Origin: Heterodontus francisci
Taxonomy: Eukaryota
Length of the DNA: 64,000 nucleotides
NCBI RefSeq assembly: GCF_036365525.1
Contig: NC_090374.1
Coordinates: forward strand, 71,500,903 to 71,564,902
Reading direction: 5' to 3'
In this document: positions 1 to 12,140 of the stretch, in pieces
Numbering within the stretch: position 1 is the stretch's first letter
Layout of the letters: the number at the start of each line of letters is the position of its first letter
The notes under the pieces: generated by a model
Database searches by the model: none
Seen by the model: the letters and a program-made list of their open reading frames with translations, nothing else
What the model was told of the DNA's origin: nothing
Program-made: the position numbers and the translations under genes

Positions 1-349
1 AATCTGTTTCGATAAAAATAAATAACTACATTTTCCAGGTGAATCTGCAGATGAGTTGTTTAATTATAATCTTTCTCCTATGCAGTTTAAGAGAACTGCT
101 AGGCCTTGAAATTCTCTGAGTTGTACGAGTCACCCTTTCATAACTTAACAGAGGAAGGCAACTGAATCCCCTGAGAAAACAGGTTAGCCCTTACATCCAC
201 TTACATCCAACTCTTACAAGGCAATTAACAGGCAGGGGTTGGGGCAGGGGGGCTGGGGTGCCCTGAGCCATGAGTTCCCACTACTGAGCATCATGTGGGA
301 CCCAGTGTTTCAGTGATGGCGAATACACAAGAAGCTGAGTTGTATTTCA

Positions 350-1804
350 CTCCAACTAGAGATGGGGCCATACTGGACCTGGTATTGGGGAATGAGCCCG
401 GCCAGGTGGTCGAAGTTTCAGTCGGGGAGCATTTTGGGAACAGTGACCATAATTCCATAAGTTTGAAGGTACTTGTGGATAAGGATAAGAGTAGACCTCG
501 GGTGAAGGTGCTAAACTGGGGGAAGGCTAATTATAACAATATTAGGCAGGAACTGAAGAATTTAGATTGGGGGCAGCTGTTTGAGGGTAAATCAACATCT
601 GACATGTGGGAGTCTTTCAAACGTCAGTCGATTAGAATCCAGGACCGGCATGTTCCTGTGAGGAAGAAGGATAAGTTTGGCAAGTTTCGGGAACCTTGGA
701 TAACGCAGGATATTGTGAGCCTAGTCAAAAAGAAAAAGGAAGCATTCGTAAGGGCTGGAAGACTAGGAACAGATGAATCCCTTGAGGAATATAAAGACAG
801 TAGGAAGGAACTTAAGCAAGGGATCAGGAGGGTTAAAAGGGGTCATGAAAAGTCATTGGCAAACAGGATTAAGGAAAATCCCAAGGCTTTTATACGTATA
901 TAAAGAGCAAGAGGGTAACTAGGGAAAGGGTTGGCCCACTCAAGGACAGAGAAGGGAATCTATGTGTGGAGCCAGAGGAAATGGGCGAGGTACTAAATAA
1001 GTACTTTCCATCAGTATTCACCAAAGAGAAGGACTTGGTGGATGATGAGCCTAGGGAAGGGAGTGCAGATAGTCTCAGTCATCTCATCATCAAAAAGGAG
1101 GAGGTGTTGAGTGTCTTGCAAAGCATTAAAGTAGATAAGTCCCCTGGGCCTGATGGGATCTACCCCAGAATACTGAGGGAGGCAAGGGAAGAAATTGTTG
1201 GGGCCTTGCCAGAAATCTTTGTATCCTCATTGGCTACAGGTGAGGTCCCAGAGGACTGGAGAATAGCCAATGTTGTTCCTTTGTTTAAGAAGGGTAGCAA
1301 GGATAATCCAGGAAATTATCGGCCGGTGAGCCTTACGTCAGTGGTAGGGAAACTATTAGAGAGGATTCTTTGGGACAGGATTTACTCCCATTTGGAAACA
1401 AACAAACTTATTAGCGAGAGGCAGCATGGTTTTGTGAAGGGGAGGTAGTGTCTCACTAATTTGATTGATGAAGGAAGGGCAGTGGATGTTATCTATATGG
1501 ACTTCAGTAAAGCCTTTGACAAGGTCCCTCATGGCAGACTGATACAAAAGGTGCACCCAGTGTACAGGTACAGGTATTCTCTGCCCTACAAAAGGTGAAG
1601 TCACACGGGATCAGAGGTGAGCTGGCAAGATGGATACAGAACTGGCTCGGTCATAGAAGACGGAGGGTAGCAGTGGAAGGGTGCTTTTCTGAATGGAGGG
1701 ATGTGACTAGTGGTGTTCCACAGGGATCAGTGCTGGGACCTTTGCTGTTTGTCGTATATATAAATGATTTGGAGGAAAATGTAGCTGGTCTGATTAGTAA
1801 GTTT
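350..1804 (+). mobile_element. CR1 (HER1-like) LINE ORF2 internal fragment, endonuclease C-terminus to RT; frameshifted; carries a 33-bp foreign insert at 1554-1586
   Basis: ORFs 295-903, 966-1448 and 1595-1864 give PTRDGAILDLVL, GNSDHN, KSPGPDG, PGNYRPVSLTS, QHGF and SGVPQGSVLGP; ends abruptly before the FADD motif. Confidence 0.95.
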
Positions 1805-3198
1805 TTTCCACCCTACTTGTACCACCATAAGCCATGTCTATTCTACTGCAGAGTCAAGAAATGATTGCAGCCTTTCCTATCATTATCTTTCACTCTTTGT
1901 TGGCATTGGGCCCAATTTGAATGCAAAATACGAGACAATCTGATTTCCCTTTTCCCATGATGCAAGGCCTTGACATACTTTAATAGCTGGCTCACATGAA
2001 TTTTGAGGAAATGCACTCAACAGATGTGTGAATGTGAGTGGCAAGCAGCTCTGGGAGAACAAGCTTGTAGCATTCAAGAGGAGGGTCAAGTGCACTAATA
2101 CTCAAACAATTGAGATGTCTCTCTTGTCATGCTTTAAAGTATTTATTTGAAAGAAAAACTGCACTGTGTCCTAATAATTCAGGGGACATTTGCTAATGTA
2201 CATTAAATGATTTCCGGAACCAGAGGTTTTTTCTCCAACAGAAACTTTTGTTTATGATCAGACAATGTGATATTGAAGCATTTGTGCATGAACAAAGTTG
2301 ATATGAGTGCTGAGAATCAAACCCAGGCAGGTTTGTCCATGTTGGCCAAGTTAAACAAAAGTGAACTTTGGCCTTAATAGCTTGCTTCATTGTTCCTTTC
2401 AGCAAATTAAGACTTTTTTCAGTTGCTAATGAAAATGTTAAATCCTCTCACTTAATGACCAATTGTACTAGAACATAGCCTGATAATTTTCATTGCCATT
2501 TAGGAGAAAGTTGGTAATCTCATTGGCATCTGTAGGCTGATATCCAGTACCCTATATATGCAGTTTTGCAGTTTTTCCTTTTCCCCATTTAACAATTGTA
2601 TGAGTGTCTCACTGTTCATGTTGATGGTGAAAAATGCAGTTAATACTGCAGCAGTTGATCAGACATCATCTTACAGGATCTCACAACAAGGAGGTGGAAT
2701 TGTAATGTGACAATGCATGGGAGCAGGATAGGGGGTGGGGTCTAGTAACAGCTGGAAACCGGAATTAAATCCAACACGTCTGTCAGTGGCATTTTTAACC
2801 AACCACTGCATTTGCATCTGACTTCAGGGTTTCCCTACCAATTTGCATGAGCGGGCATGATGAAGACCTACTTGAATCAAGTTCAACTCCACTTTTTAAA
2901 GGATCACTGCAAAGATGACAGTTGATAGATTCTGGAGGTGGGGCAGCAAAAGAAATAACTGTTCTAATGGAATCTCAATGTTCCAAATGTGCACTTTGCT
3001 TTACTGATGCTTCCTTAAGTCTGATGCAGCAGGCTATAAAGGGCTGCAGGGAGATACACTTCTCTACGAATGGGAGGAAGAATTCTGCCCCTGAAAGCAC
3101 GAAGGCTTGGCTGAATATTGCTCAGGAGGTGAGTACTGCTGGATTCAATGTGGAAAGTTGTTTAATATTCTAACCAGGGCAGGAAAGGTGAGTTGGAG

Positions 3199-4141
3199 TA
3201 CATACGAACATACGAATTAGGAGCAGGAGTAGGCTACTCGGCCCCTCGGGCCTGCTCCGCCATTCAATAAGATCATGGCTGATCTGATTGTAACCTCAAC
3301 TCCACATTCCCACCTACCACTGATAACCTTTCACCCCCTTGCTTATCAAGAATCTATCTACCTCTGCCTTAAAAATATTTAAAGACTCTACTTCCACCAC
3401 CTTTTGAGGAAGAGAGTTCCAAAGACTCACAACTCTCAGAGAAAACATTTCTCCTCATCTCTGTCTTAGATGGGCAACCCCTTATTTTTAAATAGTGACT
3501 CTTAGTTCTAGATTCTCCCACAAGGGGAAATATCATTTCCACATGCACCCTGTCAAAACCCCTCAGGATCTTATATGTTTCAATCAAGTCGCCTCTCACT
3601 CTCCTAAACTCCAGCAAATACAAGCCTAGCTTGTCCAACCTTCCCTCATCAGACAACCTGCCCATTCCAGGTATTAGTCTAGTAAACTTTCACTGAACTG
3701 CTTTCAATGCATTTACATCCTTCCTTCAATCCTTCCTTCCCACCAATGCCCTGTATAACTGAAGCATATCCTCCCTACTTTTGTATTCAATATCCCTTGC
3801 AATAAACGATAACATTCTATTTGCTTTCCTAATTACTTGTTGAACCTGCATACTAACCTTTTGCGATTCATACACTAGGACACCCAGGTCCCTCTGTATC
3901 TCAGAGCTCTGCGATCTCTTACCACTTAGAACATATGCTTCTTTTTTATTCTTCCTGCCAAAATGTACAATTTCACATTTTCCCACATTATACTCCAGTT
4001 TTGCCAGACCTTTGCCCACTCATTCAACCCATCTATATCCCTTTGTAGCCTCCTTTTGTCCTCTTCACAGATTACTTTCCTACCTATCTTTGTGTCATCA
4101 GAAAATTTAGCAACCATACTTTCGGTCTCTTCATCCAAGTC
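3199..4141 (-). mobile_element. 5'-truncated CR1 LINE inside intron 1 of the Harbinger Myb gene
   Basis: Minus ORFs with KFSDDTKIG, KCEIVHFG, RDLGVLV and RRVRGDLIETYKIL; short repeat tail at about 3199-3215. Confidence 0.92.
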
Positions 4142-4899
4142 ACATTCAGCTACATCCTGATGTCGGTATCATGCCAATCCCCTCCCTCTGCCTTCCCAAG
4201 CTTACTCCATCACATCTCTCCTTACATCAACTTACCTTGCAGGTGCTCCCATCCCTCTTTGTCCATGTACTTCCTCATATTGTCATTTGTCTATCCACTA
4301 CTAACCCTCACCCTCATCTTGGCATGATATCACACCTCTCCCTCAAAGTCACTCTTAAAAAATGTTCCCCATCCAGCTGTTCAACACATTCCATTACTCT
4401 TACTCATAGGTCTCTTTCCTTCCTTGTAGGAGAAGAGAGCACAGAACACCAGGGAGAGTCAGAGGACCGGAGGTGGTCCTCTCGCCATCTCCTTACTAAT
4501 AACTGCAGAGGAGGAGGAGCTATAGATCAGCGATATCTTGGTGTGCCTAGCCACCAACGATGGGAAGATGGGGGCCTCCCAGCTACTCGGTGACAGAATT
4601 AAATCTCGCAGCCACATGGGACACAGCACTCTTTCAGATTGGCTTGATGTGAGCAGCAAGTGAATATGATCATGTGCATAATGATCACTTAAAAGATTCT
4701 TACTGCAAAGCTTTTAATCTCCCACAGGGCCATCAAGCGTCCCGCACAACGATAACGATGACTCCTCAGAGGAGCTCACATACTCTGAGGGAGCACAGTT
4801 TCAGGATTCATATAGACCATGCACCAGCTCTGATATTCCCGCTTCAGTTGAACCAGGAAGGAAGATAATTGATGTTTCACCTAGTGTCTCACACATCAT

Positions 4900-5723
4900 G
4901 GGCTGAATTTTATGAGTGCGCCACAGATCGCGGCAGCGCACTCTGATGTCGACGGCGTGCCCGCATGCATCGGCCCCCGCTGAGGCCCCGTGATATTACA
5001 CACGGTGCTCATTTAAATGGAAGAGGCGGAACAACCGCCCCCAATTACATAGAGGGGGGGGGTGGCCGCTCCATTCCCGGTAATGGCATCCGGTGCCACC
5101 GCGCAACTGCCAGTGCCATTTTTAAAGGGCTTCAAGCCCTTAGCAAAAATTTGAATTTTTAAAGGTATATTATTGTTCATTTTCTTTAAAAAAATTAAAA
5201 GCTGGAGGCTCTTTCCCACCCCCACCCCACTACCCCCCACTCCCTTGAGTGTTTTTTTTTATTGGCCTATATGCAGAAAATTTATTTTAGTCCCAATCTG
5301 AACTTGCCTCCCCAACCTCTTCATATTTGCCCTTCAACCCCTTCCCACCATCCCCATAGCCAATAAGTGTTGTTCCTGTTAAACCACCTCCCCCCCCAAC
5401 CCTGATAATTTCAGTCCTCCCCCCTCCCCACCAGTGTCTCGCCTCGGAACCCCGAATGGAGTTCTGAAGGCGCACGAGTTGTGGCCAGTTGGCCATAAAA
5501 TCAGCGTGGGACAGCCGCCTGGACCAGGTAAGTTCATTTGCATTTTGTTTTAATTAATTTTTATATGTAAATGAAGACCCTGAGTACTGCACATCGGCCT
5601 CGCTGCCGCCAGTAAAATGTGACGGGGCCTTCTCAGCATTATGGGTCGTGGCAGGCCTATCCCGCAAGTATTTTACAGGCCCCCTGCCATGGCCCACGCA
5701 TTGAGGGGCTAGTAAAATTCAGC
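4900..5723. mobile_element. Harbinger-type MITE
   Basis: Termini GGGCTGAATTTTA ... TAAAATTCAGC; body similar to other copies in the window. Confidence 0.8.
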
Positions 5724-6789
5724 TTTGGAGGGTGCAGGATGCTCCAAGTTCTGCTCAGCTGGATTAAAATTCTGAACCTCAGTGGGGGTGCGGTGGGGTG
5801 GGGGGGTCGCCAAAGAGGATACTTATGCAGCAGCAGCAAAGAATGTGGGATGTACTGGCTGTCATTCTGGTTGCACTGTGCACATTTGCAGAGAGATTGG
5901 AGGGAGTCTGTCTCAACCATGAGTAGCATAATGTCGCAGGCCTTTGCAATATTGTCTTTGTCCATGGAAAATAGGCCACCTGTATGGAGCATCAAACACG
6001 GCAATCAAATGACTGTATGCAGGCCTTCACCAATGGCTTGGACACTGTGAGGTGCTTTCACTTCCTCCCTGCTGCCCTTCCCTCTCCCCCACCCCAGTCC
6101 GTACCCCACCCAGCCAGTCTCCCACATGCTGCCTCATGTCCTAACGGCCGAGGCTGCCGCTGCACAGTTGCAGGTGGGGCAGTCTTCGACAAAGCCTTCA
6201 CAACCCCCAATACTTGGATGGCTTTGGCCAAGAGCATCTCAGCATTCACAGCAGGGATCTGAGCAGCCTGCCTCTACCTTTGCTGAAGCCATAGGGGTTG
6301 CACTATGTACAAGTAGTAGGAGGAAGAGTAAAGATTTGTAGTTGCACAAGAGTATGCACATAGCTGTGTTACATATTGTTTGATTGTTAAGTTTCTGTTT
6401 CATTTTTGGGCCACATAAATATTATTTGTTTACATTACTTTCCCATCTTGCCTGTTTTTAGCTGCTGCCAGGCAAGTGGCCTTTTCAGCTATGATGAATG
6501 GCAAGACAAGACATAACATCAAGCAATGGGTGGCTGTGAAAGGGATTCTTCGTTGATTGCAGGACTGCTTTGTGCTGAGTTATGGGGAGGGGAGGGGAGA
6601 GAGGTGGGTTTAGTATGTGACTGCCAAATGGGTGCACTGATGGAACCTAACTGAATTTCGCCATTATGGGGGCATCCCAGGCAGCAATGTGTACCGCTGC
6701 TCAACCATTGATTGTATCATATTCCTACTCCTCCGAAAAGGTTCTGTGCTCTGTGCCTTGCTCCTCCTAAAGGTCTAAACCTTGCTTCT

Positions 6790-7520
6790 GTGCAATGCTG
6801 TGCTAAGTGTAGCATACCACGACCATTCTGGGGATCCTGAGTGGTGTGTATTGAAGAGCACCTCTAGATTTGTCAAGGCAACTGAAGCTCATCTACAGCA
6901 TGCCAATGGCTTTCTCAGTGGCATCTGGTTGTCATATGGCTTTTATCGTAAAGCTTCTGGGGCTCATTATTTGGGTTCCCCACGGGTGTCATTAGTCACT
7001 TTTTAAATGGGTACCCCTTGTCTCCAAGCAGCCAGCTGGTAAGCCTACATCGAGTTGCGAAGAGAAGAGGGAGGGTGGACTGCTGCAGGATGAAAATATT
7101 ATGGCTGCTGCCTGGAAATCTTGCACACACCTGCACTATCGTCTTTTATGGTTGCACACCAGCTTCACATTGATGGAATGGAAGCAATTGCAGGTGATAA
7201 ACGATCCTGGACAATCTGGAGGTGCCTTAATTGCCACATGTGCAATCGATGATGCCCTGCATCTCTTGAAAGGCAGTCAGACCGCAAACCCAAGCACCTG
7301 CTCATTCTGATTGGCCTCATTGGTGGCAAAGAGTACATTATGACTGCCCTGAAAAACATGAGGTCAGTCACCTGTGCGATGCATTTGTAGGTGGCCAACG
7401 ATGAATTCCTGTAAGTGTCACCAGCAGATCCTTGGAAGGAACCTGAAGCACAAAGTTGAAGGCTGTTGTGACTTTGACAGCCACTCGTAAAGCACAGTCA
7501 CCACGTCCACTTAGCAGTAG
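6790..7520 (-). pseudogene. Harbinger (HARBI1-like) DDE transposase remnant
   Basis: Manual minus-strand reading across frameshifts: MQGIIDCT(H)[46 protein letters not shown]. Confidence 0.88.
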
Positions 7521-8094
7521 GTCTTCTTCCAGCACTGTCAATTTCAGCGTTTTTAAACCTCCCCCCCACCTCCGCTACCTGCTCCCAAACCACCTTACTC
7601 CTGGAAGTAAAAATTCCCTCCATGATCTCACCTGAAATGCAACATGGTGTGGGAGTTCTGAGCAGGTAGTTTAGTTGGATGCAGAGTACCTGTCAGGCAG
7701 GTGACTGGAATATTGGTTGGGGTTGGAAGCCAGAAGCCTGGAGCATTTCTTGGGTAGGAATTTACATCATCCATTTAAGAGCAGCTAGGAAACTGGATCA
7801 TCTGTCAGTAACAAGCCTGAAGGCGGTGTTATTTAGCAGCCTTGAGTGTCTAATAGAACATCATCCAAGAGACAGGAGGATGTGCTTGTAGAAAAACAAT
7901 ACAATGAAAAATAAAGTATTTTCTCGGAGGCATAAAGGTGTACCACCTGCTTCATTTTAATTCTTATGGAGACCAATGTTAGCTGACAATTATGAGGAGA
8001 TATTCAGACATATGGTCAGAGGGCAGTGTGGCATGGTGTGCTATGCCACCATTACTATAACAATGATGACTCATCCCAGCTGGATGGCACAGTC

Positions 8095-8530
8095 TCTATG
8101 GGTTCGGATCCCACCAAAGAAGAAGGTGGAATTTGAATTTAATTAATAAATCTGGAATTAAAAGCTAGTCTAATGATGGCCATGAAACCATTGTCGATTG
8201 TTGTAAAAACCCATCTGGTTCACTAATGTCCTCTAGGGAAGGAAATCTGCTGTCCTTACCTGGTCTGGCCTACATGTGACTCCAGACCCACAGCAATGTG
8301 GTTAACTCTTACACACCCTCTGAAATGGCCTAGCAAGCCACTCAGTTGGACCTAACCGCTACGAAGTCAATAAAAAGGAATGAAACCGGAACAGCACTGT
8401 GGCTGTATCTACCTCACATGGACTGCAGCGGTTCAAGAAGGCAGCTCACTACCACCTTCTCAAGGGCAATAAGGGATGGGCAATTAATGCTGGCATAGCC
8501 AGTGATGCCCACTTCCCATGAATGAATTTA
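8095..8530 (+). mobile_element. SINE with conserved central domain (MetaSINE-like, from memory) and LINE-derived 3' tail
   Basis: B-box-like GGTTCGGATCCC at about 8102; core CTGGTTCACTAATGTCC...GTGACTCCAGACCC; 3' part (about 8391-8530) matches the LINE tail at 50215-50350. Confidence 0.7.
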
Positions 8531-10709
8531 AAAAAACAACGTTCATTAGGAAGAAATAAGCATAACAATCAGAATTGGTGCAGTTATTACCTGTATCTTT
8601 ATTAATTTTTTAAAGGAAAATATTGGACAAAAATTCGCATGTCATACTTTCTGAAATCGTTGAAGTATTCAATCAAAACATTTTAGTGATTTATATAAAC
8701 TTGATGATTAAAAAGTACTTCATTTTAAATATATTTACAATCTGCTTTAGAGCAGCACGATTCTGCATAATAATATTACTTGTACTTTCTAAAATCAACA
8801 GCAGTGCTATAAGTAATGGGATTTAAATGCAATAAACTGGATTTCTTTTGTATCTTTGGTTTGATCTTCAAATCTTCAATTTCCTTTATCTGTGTTCTCC
8901 AGCAGTTTTCTTATCCCCAAAACAAGTTTAAACTTGAATTGATGTATGCAAATGAGCTAACACTCATAGATGAAGCTGGCTTGAATATGTGCAGATAAAT
9001 AATTCAAAATTAAAAAGAAATTATGGTTAACCCTTCTATTCCTAGTGGTTTCAAAAATTTTCATTTATTATCTTCCAACCCTTGTGTAGTACGTACTGCA
9101 TGTGCAGCAAGGAAGATTAGAGTTGACAATATGGAGAACTTAAGTGTCTGTGACAAAGATTTCATTCTAAATGATTGACTGTCATGTATAAGAATGTTGC
9201 ATAGCTTCACAACATCATTTGCATACACATCAGCATATGATATTGGCCAGGGGTTTTACATGGGGTTTGCATAGTTAGCAGTTTTGTGTATGGATAAAAT
9301 GGAGACAGGAGGTAATGGAACACAATGTCAGATAAGATTCTAGCCATCAGTCAGAATATTATGCATAAACCAGGGGTTTTTGGCGGACAAGTGGTTTTGG
9401 GGGAAAGTATCACAATGATCGGTTGGCTATGATTAGTTGCTCTGTTTGTTTTCATTGACAAATGCCCAGTTAGTTTTGGTCCTATCTATATATAGTAGGA
9501 TTGAGAGTCACCCATCACAGTTTCCACTGCTAACATTCTGGATGAGAATTTCCAGTGTTATTTTCCTCAGTTTTTTTTCATTGTTCTTGCAAATTGCTCT
9601 TTTTCAATTTCCAGTCACCAACATAATTTAGCTATACCAACTCACACTTAGTTGTAGAAGTGAGCTTAAAGGAATGCCCTCAATAAGAATTCAAATTAAT
9701 TTTCATCCTCAAAGTGTTCCTGATATTTAAAAAAATGTCTGTTTTATAAATCCTTTGAATGCATGCAGCCAAAACTAAGATGTCATGCTCTCTGTGCCAC
9801 CATCATTAATCATAGCCCCGCTACCAATTTATACAGTACCTTTAATGGAAATGACTGTAGTCTATGTCTGACAGAAAAAAAACATGGGAAACTGCACAAT
9901 TGTATTTAAGTAAACAATATAAATGCATTGTCGGTTGGTGGGTGAAATTATCCTGCATTAGAGCTAACACACACAGTGAATTTGTACTAATGTGTAGTAA
10001 TTTGGGGCAAACATTTCCTCTGTGAGCTGTGAAATTATGAAAGCATTTATCAAGAGTTTGTGATTTCTCTACACATAGCACATAGTTAAATCTGCACCCT
10101 AAGTTGTATTAGTACTAATTGAATACTAATGCACTTTTACACACATCTGGAAGATTTTTTTCGACTAAATCACGGGTCTCATAGGAGTGCTTTTACAAAA
10201 CTTTCAACATATGGTGTAAGATGAAATGTAGTAGCTTACCGACTGGAAACAAAACTGTTAGGATAAATGGGTGTTGCTCAGGGCTGTAAGTGGTATAAGC
10301 CAGGGTGAATACTGGGTCCATTTTGGTTTTCTGTGTATATAGGTGATTTGGACTTAGCATCATTACAGCACAGAAGGAGGCCATTCGGCCCATTGACTCC
10401 ATGCCGGAAGCACAATTTCAAAATGTTTTTGGTGACACAAAAATAAGGAGTTTGGCAAATGACAAGAAGGACTACTAAAAATAATTTCAGGAGGGCATGG
10501 ACAGGTTAATGGATAGTGTTAGTGGATATGATTTGATGTGGAGGTGTGTGAAATAATGCATTTTGGAAGTTAAAACAAGATTTGGGAGAATAAACATTAT
10601 GAAAATTAGGGGCAATTTTGCCTTTGTGCAATAGTGTAAAAAGGGTGATAGCAAATTGGCAGCCCATTTTACACCTCTCCCAAATGATTACTTTGATTCT
10701 TTAATTGAG

Positions 10710-10921
10710 AGTTTTCATGGGTAGCACGTTTCTGGATGTGGTCACCCCACAGCTTGAGAGTGCAGGCAGAGAGGGAATGGGCGACTACCAGCCAGTTAAG
10801 GAAGAGCAGGGAGGTAGTGCAGCATTCCCCGGAGTGCATTGTGCTTTCCATACGGTATTCAGTTGTGAATACTGGTGAGAGTGGTGGTTCCTCTGGGGAG
10901 TGCAGGCAGAGCCAAGTCCAG
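10710..10921 (+). mobile_element. Probable CR1 ORF1 fragment, next to older CR1 scraps at about 10360-10600
   Basis: QAEREWATTSQLRKSREVVQHSPECIVLSIRYSVV resembles the region preceding the CR1 ORF1 esterase. Confidence 0.5.
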
Positions 10922-11430
10922 TATGAAAGCTGCCACATAGGTGCCCACCGATTACAAAATTACAGCTGTGAGACAAGTTTCCTTGAGTACCTTAATACTT
11001 AAGCCAAATTGAACCAGTAACCTACTGCAAATGCAGCACAAAGGAAAGTAATGAACATGGTTAAGATTCTAGGATTGCAGAATTCAAACCTAAAATAGTG
11101 TAGGTGAGAAAGACTGAAGAATAAATACAATTATTCATACATTCAGACTGATAATTACAGGGCACTCTGTCAGCTCCAAAATTCTCCAAAATTTCAGTGG
11201 GCAAAATACTTCATATTTGTGTCAACTATAGATAATGTTAAAAACAGCTCTGCTGCTTAAAATACAGAACAGAAAATATTTGTTCATTCAATTCATATTT
11301 ATTTCATTCTTTACAGAAAATAAAAAAAATATTGCCAACAGAAGGTAGAGTACAAATGGTGGAGAGACTCAGCAGGTTAAGCCTCTCACCTCATGAAGAT
11401 ACTTCATGGAGGTCATTGGCTGGGAAACTA

Positions 11431-12140
11431 GGTGAAAGTTTATTAATCTTAAAATCTAATCCGGTCAACAACTACGAATATGCAATGCTACCACACTAGC
11501 ATGCACACATGCAGATAGAGACAGAAAAAGTAGAAGGAATAAAGGGGAAAAGTTTGAGGCAATATCTGGTATGTACAGTCCTTTAAGTTCAATGTGGAGT
11601 CTTTGGTTGCTGGTAAAGTCTTGCAATTTGTTGGGGCCCAGTTCACGCTTCAACTTGTTCCGATGTAGGAGTCTTTACTCTCTTGAGGTTTACGTATCTT
11701 CCATGGGTCCAGTGGCTTGGGAGAAAGCGAGAGAGAGCCAGCCAGGAAAGAGAGGCTTCCTTGCTCCAGTTTCAGTTTCAACTGCCTTCTGCGTCTTTCT
11801 CTGTGGCACAATTCAAAAAACCCAGTTTGTCCAGCAGGTTAGTCATGTGACTAGCTAGTTTGACCACTTCTGTTTGTGGATTCTGCCATCTTAGCAGTCA
11901 TCCTAGAATGTGAGCTTCCTTGCCTTCAATGAATGGTGATCAAAGTCCATTGTGGGTTAAGTGGATCAGGGAGCACTCCTTTTGTCTCTCGGAGCACTGT
12001 CTATTAGTATGCAAATGTTTTTCCAGCCACTGCTGATCTGTTTAACAAGACATTTCTTTGCCCCAGCAACAGTTTAAAATCAATGTTCATATGACAAAAT
12101 TAATATGCCTCATTTTTGGCAGGTGGGGGTCTGCATGACA
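11431..12140 (-). repeat. 3' LTR of the Gmr1-like element, missing about 190 bp at its outer end
   Basis: Aligns to 16721-17443; purine-rich GGGTGTGGAGG precedes TGTCATG on the minus strand. Confidence 0.9.

Larger units (their letters stand above)
2956..6350 (+). pseudogene. Harbinger Myb/SANT-like DNA-binding protein gene remnant (multi-exon)
   Basis: FTDASLSLMQQAIKGCREIHFSTNGRK...KAWLNIAQEVS; donor AAG|GTGAGT at 3188; acceptor TTCCTTGTAG at 4429 followed by EKRAQNTRESQRTGGGP; downstream coiled-coil-like text about 5870-6050. Confidence 0.7.
2690..7620. mobile_element. Decayed PIF/Harbinger DNA transposon with convergent Myb/SANT gene (+) and DDE transposase (-); ends approximate
   Basis: Myb-like exons on + (2956-6350) face a HARBI1-like transposase on - (6790-7520), the standard two-gene Harbinger layout; TIRs too decayed to fix the ends. 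Confidence 0.75.

Noticed and set aside
86-182. Exon-like block bounded by TGCAG and AG|GTTAG
   Set aside because: All three plus-strand frames contain stops and there is no other support.
8590-8650. Possible minus-strand exon (TTTCAG ... CAG|GTAATA)
   Set aside because: Stops in all three frames; such signals arise by chance in AT-rich DNA.
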